13,614 bases of DNA from Azolla caroliniana. Taxonomy: Eukaryota; Plantae; Polypodiophyta. The position numbers and the translations under genes are program-made. A model generated the notes under the pieces. That model ran no database searches and was not told the DNA's origin. It saw nothing but the letters and a program-made list of their open reading frames with translations. Positions within the stretch are counted from its first letter, which is position 1. Every line of letters begins with the position of its first letter. Shown here piece by piece: positions 1 to 7,597 of the stretch. The stretch is taken from positions 1 to 13,614 of the forward strand of contig JBHGNT010000939.1 in NCBI GenBank assembly GCA_043228905.1. The letters are read 5' to 3'.

Positions 1-46
1 AATAGTTGGAGCCGGTGAGCTTGAACATGCCGCCAAACGATTCATC
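1..46 (-). CDS. gag: N-terminus of copia gag of element A (continues off the left edge)
   Basis: Minus strand reads D-E-S-F-G-G-M-F-K-L-T-G-S-N-Y (ATG at 28-26) just downstream of the PBS. KLTGSNY is the typical copia Gag N-terminal motif. Confidence 0.75.
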
Positions 47-65
47 CCTTTTCTGTGTCGATTTC

Positions 66-77
66 GCTCTGATACCA
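66..77 (-). other. Primer-binding site complementary to the tRNA-iMet 3' end (element A)
   Basis: gctctgatacca is the reverse complement of TGGTATCAGAGC, 2 nt from the LTR end at 80. Confidence 0.92.
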
Positions 78-463
78 CTTGACGGGAACCCAACGTTCCT
101 TATGTGCAACGCTCGTCCACAACCGAGCTTCTTTTCATACACAGGAAACGGGAAATAAAACACGACACAGAGAAGAGAAATGGTACACAGGAGGTTTACG
201 TGGAAAACCCCAAACTAGGAGAAAAACCCACGGCAGCCCACGGGCTGCAAACTGGTACTATGTATGAATGTACAAAACAGTGAGTAAACCGAGGCAACGA
301 CCTCGAACTCACGATCTTTGCCACAGGCGGCGGTTACAACAGAGGCAACGACCTCGTCTCTCTCTCTCTCTCTCTGTGTACAGTTACGCGCTCTCTCTTC
401 TTCTTGCACCAACAAGGAAGAATGACAACAACTACAACAACTATATTAGTTTTCCCTAAGTCA

Positions 464-471
464 TATTTATA
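464..471 (-). promoter_or_regulatory. TATA box of LTR A
   Basis: tatttata = TATAAATA on the minus strand, downstream of the U3 repeats in element orientation. Confidence 0.6.
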
Positions 472-550
472 CTAATATGACTCTTTGGCTATTTACAAGT
501 ATAGCCACGATGGCCTCTCAGAAAACATATTTACGAATATGTCTCTTCCT

Positions 551-769
551 CCGGTTCATACCGGGTCTGCACCATCCGGCTCTCTGTAGCCGGGTACTCC
601 TCATCCGGTTCACACCGGGCCTGCACTATCCGGCTCTCCGTAGCTGGGTACTACTCATCCGGTTCACACCGGGCCTGTATCATCCGGCTCTCCGTAGCCG
701 AGTACTACTCATCCGGTTCACACCGGGCCTGTATCATCCGGCGCTCCGTAGCCGGGTACTCCTCATCCG
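551..769. repeat. 54-bp CCGG-rich tandem repeat, 4 copies, in U3 of LTR A
   Basis: Unit starts ccggttca at 551, 605, 659 and 713, with a partial start at 767. Exact 54-bp period and few substitutions. Confidence 0.95.
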
Positions 770-823
770 TTTCGTCGGCACTGTTTTTCTCCCTTCCCAT
801 CCGGAGGGACCTGTCTCCCGACA

Positions 824-1367
824 TCATGCACTACATGCATGACTTGTACCCTCCAATGCATCATATGCATGGGGGCACCTATTTAAATGGTGAGAGAAAA
901 GACAAAAGGAAGAGATATGTACGAGATATCAATCAAATTATGTATTACATAAGAGATATCATAAAAATAGATAAAGAAGGGAAGAAGTTTAACATAAAGG
1001 TGGAGCTCTAGCTTGGCGGTCGTGGTGGTCAACTCTCAACAAGAGGGAGGCGGTTCGAGCTTTATCTTCATCAAAATATTGAAGTGAAGATTGCAAGAAA
1101 GAGAAGAGCGATTACCTTGCAAGACAAAGTTCAGAGGTTCAACGACATGTACAACCACTTTTGTAACTCTTTCATCAAATAATTATAAATCTCTTTTATT
1201 GCTTCAAATATCATTCTATATCCTATCTTGCCATATCTTGTTGATCACTATTTATCTATCTCTACTCTTTCATCTCTTCCGTCCATAATCCCAGTGATTC
1301 CTTCCTCACTTTCACGATATCTTTTGTCTACGCAACGCTACGCTTCTAGGCGAGCCACGCCACGATA
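824..1367 (+). mobile_element. Probable 3' part of an LTR of another retroelement (C), interrupted by A and itself interrupting B
   Basis: Non-coding. TATTTAAA at 880-887 is followed by purine-rich then pyrimidine-rich tracts. It ends ...ccacgccacgaTA (possible decayed CA) exactly where copia B pol coding (R-N-V-S-K-G) begins. No second copy in the window, so this is inferred. Confidence 0.45.
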
Positions 1368-4051
1368 GCGGAACGTGAGCAAAGGTCAACTCGACGTAGT
1401 CCATTCCGACGTATGGGGACCGGCGCAGACGGCTACATTCGGTGGATGCCGATATTACGTGCTCTTCATCGACAACTTTTCTAGGCACACTTGGATCTAT
1501 CCGATGCGGCAAAAGAGCGAAGTGTTCGGACACTTCCAAAAATTCAAGAATGAAGTCGAGAAAGCCATGGGCCGACATGTACGATGTCTCCAATCGGATG
1601 GTGGCAAGGAGTACTTCTTGGATGATTTCACGGCGTATCTCCGAAAGGAAGGAATTCGACAAGAATTCACTTGCCGACACACCCTGCAACAAAACGGAGT
1701 AGCCGAGCGCAAAAATTGGCACATCCTCGAAGTAGCGCGGGCCATGATGAACGAGAAGCATATGCTGAAGTCATATTGGGCTGAAGCTGCAAATATGGTC
1801 GTCTACCTAATGAACCGGTGCACAACATCCGGTGTGCATGAGGTCACTCCGCACGAAAAATACTTCGGAAAGAAGTCAGACTTATCGCACATCCGCATAT
1901 TCGGCGCGATAGCGTACATGCAAATCCCCAACGAGAAGCGTCAAAAGCTTGACCCGAAGTCAGAGAAATATATCCTCGTAGGATACTCACTTGAGTAAAA
2001 GGGGTACAAGTGCTACAACCCCTCAACTTGAAAATCTTGAGTAAGTCGAGACATCATTTTCGACGAGTCCACATCCTGGTACGCACCAGAGACAACTCTG
2101 ACTCTGACTCCGCTCGACCCGGAATCCGCCGAACAAGAGATAGAGGATGAAGATCACCTTACGCGCATGTTCAAAGAAAGTCCGATCACGACCCAACTGA
2201 GCGGACCACAAGAGCCTTTGAGCGATCAAAGCACATCACGGCCTAGCCCAAAGATGGACAAAGGCAAGGCGAAAATGTCGGAATACGAAGACGATCGCTT
2301 CAACGGCGATGAATCAACTCACTCACTCGATAGTGAGTTTGGCGGCTTCGATGTACCAATCGGAGCTAAGAAAGCCCTCATCTCTGCAAATGAAAAGCTT
2401 TGCAGATCCACTCGTGAAAAGAACCCCGTAAGCCGTTTTGGCTACAACAATTATATGGCGTACCATTACACCTTTATGATGAAGGTAGCGACAGTATGGG
2501 AGCCGGAAACCTTTTCCGAAGCCGCGAAGGACCCGCCATGGATTGAAGCAATGAACGAGGAGATGTAGGCACTACAGAAGAACGAGACGTGGGATCTCAT
2601 TCCCACCTCACCACACAAAAAGGCGATCGGATGTAGATGGATTTACAAAGTGAAGTACAACGCCGACGGTTCCGTCAACCACTACAAAGCGTGACTCGTA
2701 GTGAAAGGCTACGCACAAACGCATGGAGTTGACTACGAAGAGACCTTTGCCCCGGCGGCAAAGATGACGACGATACGAAATGTAATTGCTCTTGTCGCGG
2801 TGAAAGGGCGGCACCTCCATCAAATGGACGTCAAGAACGCCTTTCTACAAGGCGAATTAGAAGAGGAGGTGTACATGATCCAACCACTCGGCTTCAACTC
2901 AAGCACCCATCCGAAAGCTATTTGCCGACTCAAGAAGCCACTCTACGGCCTCAAGCAAGCACCGCGTGCTTGGCATTCCGTATGTCAAAATCGGCTTCCG
3001 TATGTCAAAATCGGACAACTCCCTCTACATATGAAGCGATTCCGCAAGTCTGATCGTCATCATCTTATATGTGGATGACCTATTCATTGGAGGTGAGCAT
3101 CTCGTCAAAATCAATAATGTCAAATCCCTCCTTTCCGACAAGTTCGAGATGACGGACATGAAGGAACTCCACTACTTCCTCGGCATCGAGGTAATTCGGA
3201 CTCCGGCCGGAATCATGATTTCTCAACGGCACTACATCCTCAACTTGTTATACAAGTTCGATATGGCTAAGTGCAAATCCGTGGCAATGCTCGATCGTAA
3301 TCTCAAACTAGATGCGAACTCCGTCACCAAAGCGTGTGAGCCAACTCAATATCGGCAACTCATCGGGAGTCTCATCTACCTCACGATCACTCGACACGAT
3401 CTTAGTTATCCGGTAGGTCTCCTCAGTCAATTCATGCAAACACCGTATGATACTCACTTGGATTGCGCTAAGCGAGTTCTACGGTACGTGAGCGGCACAA
3501 TGGATTACAACATCCTCTACAAAGCCACGATGCCAATACGCCTCGAGGGGTACATAGATGTTGATTGGGCCGGCTACAAAGCCGATAGAAGATCAACCTC
3601 CGGATTTGTTTTCTCCCTCGGCAGCGGAGCAATATCCTGGAGTAGCAAGAAGCAACCTACCGTCGCTCTTTCGGGTATGGAGGCGAAATACCAGAGCGCA
3701 GCCGTAGCCGCATGTGAAGCCGTATGGCTCAAAAGGATACTCAAGGATCTGGGCGTACCCATCAAGGATCCGACTTCCCTTTACTACAACAACATGAGCA
3801 GTATCTATCTAGCTTGGAACCCGGTGTTCCACGCGCGGACAAAGCACATCGAAGTGCACTATCACTTCATCCGAGAGCGCGTTCTAGCTGGCGATGTCGA
3901 CCTACAACACATTAGCACCAATCTTCAAATGGCCGACATCTTCACTGAATCCTTAGGAGCCGACAAGCTATGGCAATTCATGACCGATCTCGGATTGACG
4001 ATCCCTGACCTGCCAAGCTTGAGGGGGAGTACTGAAGACATTACGCAATAA
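1368..4051 (+). pseudogene. pol: Ty1/copia pol pseudogene of element B (integrase, reverse transcriptase, RNase H)
   Basis: Integrase VHSDVWGP, QSDGGKEY, NGVAERKN. RT QMDVKNAFL, LYGLKQAPRAW, YVDD at 3068-3079. RNase H DVDWAG, RTKHIEVHYHFIRE, ADIFT. IN-RT-RH order indicates copia. Stops at 1996, 2029, 2038, 2566, 2692, 3032 and a frameshift near 2980. Confidence 0.97.
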
Positions 4052-4289
4052 CGTGTGGATTCCGCAAACTGCGCACACTACACAAGAACACGTGGATTAC
4101 GCAACCACGCAACGAAGCCGCGAAGAGCCGATCTACCGCGCAAAGCCATGAAGAAAGACGCAAGCCGAAGCACAGACTTTGCAACTACGCACAACACAAG
4201 CTAGAGCACGGATTTTGCAACTCCGCATAAATGCGAGTTGACGCGAGTTGAAGCGGATTTCGGATACCGTCTGAAACCAACCCGACTTG

Positions 4290-4303
4290 AGCTTGAGGGG
4301 GCT
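4290..4303 (+). other. Polypurine tract of element B
   Basis: agcttgaggggg immediately upstream of the 3' LTR start. Confidence 0.75.
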
Positions 4304-4698
4304 TTTTGAGAATCAAGCTCAACTTGGTCTAGAGTGTGAACTCACCTTGAGAGTGAATAGACACTCCAACGGTCAAGAGTCACCATTATGTCACCTCTTT
4401 GTATTCTAGCATTTAGTATGAGTCATAGAATCATATTCTATGACACATAACTTATGAGCTTTCACATTCCCCATACTCCATGAGACTTGTAGTTAATGAA
4501 GAGAGAGGGTGACTATATAATGCACCCTCCTCCCACCTTGTACTATGTTGAGTCTTTCTCCTTTGTTAATATACTCTTACCTTGCGTATTCTCTGTGTCT
4601 TATTCCTTGTCTCTGTCTCACTCTCTCTCTCTCTCTCATACACACACATAACTCATATCTCTTCCGCTTCACAAGAATCCATCTCTTGATTCTTTACA
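4304..4698 (+). mobile_element. 3' LTR (~395 bp) of copia element B
   Basis: Start ttttgagaatcaag (decayed TGTTG) and end cttgattctttaca form an imperfect 14-bp terminal inverted repeat. TATATAA at 4514-4520, with (CT)n/(CA)n tracts. Collinear with the solo LTR at 10539-11062, whose TSD fixes the boundaries. Confidence 0.85.
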
Positions 4699-5073
4699 CA
4701 ACATGCCTACTAGTCCCACTCGTGATGCATCTGTGGGATATCAAGAAGGATGCATATGAATTACCAAACATACTTGATTAAGAAATCCTCTAAACTGTGA
4801 TCCTGTTCCATCGAACTTCATAGGAAGACCGATCTTGGGTTCTTTGGGAATCCCTTGAATGCTTGGTCCATGTTGTTGCAATGACACAATCGTTGCTTCA
4901 AGTTGTTGCACGCGTAACATCAACTCCCCGTGTTGTTGTTATTTTTCTAGAGCTATTTGTTGAAGATCCCCCAACAAACGTTGATTTTCATGTTTTAGTG
5001 CTACAAACTTTTCTTTTAAGCACTGGAACTCCAAGAAAATGGATTGGTATTCTTGAGCGTTAACAGTTGCCAA
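4699..5073 (-). pseudogene. gag: Ty3/gypsy gag N-terminal part (element D; Tcn1-like or PEG10/RTL-type capsid), truncated by B
   Basis: A coiled-coil-like N-terminus is followed by KEPKIGLPMKFDGTGSQFRGFLNQVCLVIHMHPS*YPTDASRVGLVGML, the P-x-K-F-D-G...F-R-G-F motif of gypsy Gag. Stops at 4941 and 4743. Lineage assignment is from recall. Confidence 0.85.
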
Positions 5074-5135
5074 GAGGATTAGTATCACGGGAAGGAGGGA
5101 TAAGAGGATTAGTATGACGGGAAGGAGGGATAAGA
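5072..5135. repeat. 30-bp tandem duplication at the LTR D / gag boundary
   Basis: aagaggattagtat(c/g)acgggaaggagggat at 5072-5101 and 5102-5131, one mismatch. Confidence 0.9.
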
Positions 5136-5264
5136 ATATGAGAAATTCAGTTCAAACTATCAAGGATAGTACTAAAGGCAGGGAGAATTATTACTAAAGA
5201 TAGAGGGTAAGAATGAGGATTAGTACTAAGAAGGGGAAGAATGTGTGAGAGTCACGAGAGGGGA

Positions 5265-5295
<31 letters not shown>

Positions 5296-5510
5296 TGACA
5301 ACAAGAAATATATTATATGAAGAAAGATACAAGAACAACTAGGAGGCTTAAGACTGGCGTTGAACTGAATTGGTTCGAAATAATGGATTGTGCCTCTATT
5401 TATAGTGTTGTCTACTGAAGTTTCTAGAATGTTCCAGAGTAATTTGGAATATACATGAATTTCCAATAGTGAAATAATAAATGAAAATAAAAAATATTTT
5501 TTGTATTACA
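5083..5510 (-). mobile_element. Probable 5' LTR of gypsy element D
   Basis: Begins TGTAATA on minus at 5510, has CTATAAATAG at 5396-5405 and a (CT)n tract at 5265-5291, and lies directly upstream of gag. The inner end (~5083) is uncertain. Confidence 0.65.
5397..5464 (-). promoter_or_regulatory. Heat-shock element array plus TATA box in LTR D
   Basis: GAAgtTTCtaGAAtgTTC (5417-5434) is four perfect alternating nGAAn units. It continues in 10-bp phase with GAG 5437, GAA 5447, TAC 5452, GAA 5457 and TCC 5462. TATAAATA (minus) is at 5397-5404. Confidence 0.75.
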
Positions 5511-5511
5511 A

Positions 5512-5575
5512 CGCATATTTTAATGGTAAGGGTTCAACCCGTGTAACACAAGGTCATGAGTTCAAACCCTTTTGG
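5512..5575 (+). other. Degenerate tRNA-derived or SINE-like head (Pol III A and B boxes)
   Basis: A-box-like tattttaatggtaa (5516-5529) and B-box-like gagttcaaacc (5558-5568), preceded by aggtc, at tRNA-like spacing. No convincing cloverleaf. Confidence 0.4.
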
Positions 5576-5588
5576 AGCCATACCATGA

Positions 5589-5749
5589 CAGGAGCTCAAC
5601 AACATTTGACAAAAGGATATGTCGGTGGCCGACTATACCTCCAAGATCAAGGATATCTGCAACGCCTTGGGATGCATCAAGGTGATGGTGGAGGAAGACA
5701 AAATGGTGCAGATTTTCCTGGGAGGTCTAGCGCAGACATATGGGCTATT
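5589..5749 (+). pseudogene. gag: Copia gag fragment (UBN2/Retrotran_gag_2-type region)
   Basis: QELNNI*QKDMSVADYTSKIKDICNALGCIKVMVEEDKMVQIFLGGLAQTYG in a frame not listed in the ORF track. Stop at 5607. Confidence 0.8.
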
Positions 5750-6316
5750 TGTTGATGGGGTGGGGGGTTGATCATGAGGGGGGAAGAGGGATGGAAGTGA
5801 GAGACATAAGAAACGTAGAGAGGGAACTTCTTGTATGTTTTCATTCATGCTCTATATGGGGTTATATAGTTACATGAGGGTCATACATCAACGAGATATG
5901 TAGGGTTACATACCCCTCAAGCCATTCATACACACAACTTACTCGCACTCTTTTATATCTACACACAAGCACACAAATGCGCATATGTTCATATACATAC
6001 GAACATACTCACACTAACTCTTGTGCACATGTGCACATGTACACTTAAAACAAGACTTCATACAAAGACTTTCACACTCATGCACGCATCCACGTACAAT
6101 CGTACGGATAACACTTGGCACACCCATGAGACAGTGCATTGCACGGTTGAACCCATATGGCTATACCATAAACATCGGTACTTAGACCGGAACTCGTTCA
6201 ACTGGAACTTCCGCAGTCTTCTCATGTCTCTTCGGTTGGAACTCCCTCGACCGGAACTCGCTTGACACGAACTTTCCCGTTCTGTTGGCACATCCTCGAA
6301 TGTATTAACTTTGGCA
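5750..6316 (-). mobile_element. Probable solo LTR
   Basis: Starts tgttga exactly where the gag fragment stops and ends ttggca. Flanks ctatt (5745-5749) and ctatc (6317-6321) are a 4/5 TSD match. TATAAAA on minus near 5951-5957. gaccggaactcg repeated at 6185 and 6249. Confidence 0.5.
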
Positions 6317-6340
6317 CTATCTTTCAAGTCTTAATATCTC

Positions 6341-6342
<2 letters not shown>

Positions 6343-6372
<30 letters not shown>
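6343..6372. repeat. (TG)15 microsatellite
   Basis: Direct reading. Confidence 0.97.
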
Positions 6373-6375
<3 letters not shown>

Positions 6376-6519
6376 TCTTATTCTTTCATTTCGTGTGACT
6401 TTTTAGAATTCCGTTCGGCCATCGTGGGTTTTGTCTTTTGACAAAAGTCCATCAACAAAATAGCTCGGCGATAATTGCTTGTCAAATGTAACAATTTTAG
6501 GAGAATCCAAATTTCCACT

Positions 6520-6777
6520 TCATGGAAAACCTCGTTTTTGCTTTGGCTTCTTACACAACACATTTCCTAAGTCTTTCCCACTCAATGACATGTAATATCT
6601 CTCGGAAAGATGTCTCCTGGCTTCAATGCAATCTTTAACCCATCGATGATTTATAATATGAATCCCAAACCTCTTTGCCATCACATACTTTTTTTCACTA
6701 AATATTTTGCAAACCAGATGTGTTGTAGAACCTTTTCGTAAGCTTCCAACATAAAAACAAATTGTACAAAATATGAG
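6520..6777 (-). pseudogene. Fragment of a BRCT-domain gene (5'-truncated)
   Basis: YVGSLRKGSTTHLVCKIFSEKKYVMAKRFGIHIINHRWVKDCIEARRHLSERYY has the BRCT THLV and W-x-x-x-C signatures. From recall it resembles the N-terminal BRCT of plant BRCT+RING proteins (At1g67180 type); not verified. Confidence 0.8.
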
Positions 6778-7257
6778 ACCGGCCACAACTGGTTATTAAG
6801 TACAATGAGAAAAACAATAACCGAAGAAACAAGAAAACATAAATGCACTGACACTAATACACAAGATTTTAACGTGGTTGAATGGGAAAAACCACGGGAG
6901 CCCATAGACTCCAAACATAATCACTAAGTAAATATACAAGAGACTAATAGGCAACAACCTCGAACTTGTCTTCGTCTTATAGATGGGTACATGCTCTGTG
7001 TCTAAGCACTCAGTCTTAGTACACTATCACACAACTATGTACATACTACATCATAATGATTGCCCTATGTGTAGTTATGCTCATACATAATATGGGTTAT
7101 TCACAAATGTAGCCTCTAATCGGCTACGGCCTAATGGGCTTCTGGATTCCGTCAGGCCAATCCGGTTCCTTGTCCGGATGTCTTCCTGACAATCTAACTC
7201 CTTGTCCGGATCCAACTATCATACACATCCAATCTAGAGGGACTTTCTCTCCCAACA
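6778..7257 (-). mobile_element. 3' LTR of copia element E (related to LTR A), outer end eroded
   Basis: TGTTGGGAGA on minus at 7257 directly after the PPT. Shares motifs with LTR A. The left boundary is ambiguous (6756-6780). Confidence 0.75.
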
Positions 7258-7270
7258 AACTCCCCCTTCA
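7258..7270 (-). other. Polypurine tract of element E
   Basis: aactcccccttca = TGAAGGGGGAGTT on minus, abutting the LTR. Confidence 0.85.
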
Positions 7271-7597
7271 CTTCGGGATGGGTAATTCAACAAACCTACT
7301 CGATATCAGCATGCATTCAACTTGTTTGTAGGCAGCATCTTGGTCAGCATGTCCGATCCATTGTCGTCCGTATGGATCTTTCCCAGCGCAAAATCCCTTT
7401 CTTCTACCCTCTCTCTAAGCCAATGGTATCTCCATTGGATATGCTTAGTTCTTGAGTGGTAGGCGACATTCTTAGCAAGGTGGATGGCACTTTGAATGTT
7501 ACAATGCAATTGGAATCGTTCCTTCCTCATTCCTAACTCACTAAGGAAGTCTCTCATCCATATGATTTCCCTGCCGGCTTCGACAACAACCATGTAT
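7271..7597 (-). pseudogene. pol: Copia E pol, RNase H C-terminal part
   Basis: YMVVVEAGREIIW...LHCNIQSAIHLAKNVAYHSRTKHIQWRYHWLRE...NGSDMLTK. Confidence 0.93.

Larger units (their letters stand above)
80..823 (-). mobile_element. 5' LTR (~744 bp) of Ty1/copia element A (Tork/Tnt1-like)
   Basis: Termini tgacggga (80) and tcccgaca (823) form a 7/8 inverted repeat, TG...CA on the minus strand. Adjacent to PBS and gag. TATAAATA on minus at 464-471. Shares blocks with the LTR at 6778-7257 (aaaaacc(c)acgg, aggcaac-acctcgaact, terminal tctccc-aca). Confidence 0.85.

Noticed and set aside
477-842. 121-aa ORF with 18-aa repeats (RFTPGLHYPALRSRVLLI)
   Set aside because: By-product of the 54-bp LTR tandem repeat, antisense to the element, with no coding signals.
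1312-2823. Several antisense and alternative-frame ORFs over B pol
   Set aside because: Shadow ORFs of the pol frame without recognisable motifs.
4699-4703. caaca as the 3' end of LTR B
   Set aside because: The 14-bp TIR and the TSD-defined solo LTR F place the end at 4698. These bases continue the gypsy gag frame (G-M-L).
5501-5755. 84-aa ORF in the track
   Set aside because: Wrong frame and chimeric across three segments. The real signal is the copia gag fragment in another frame.
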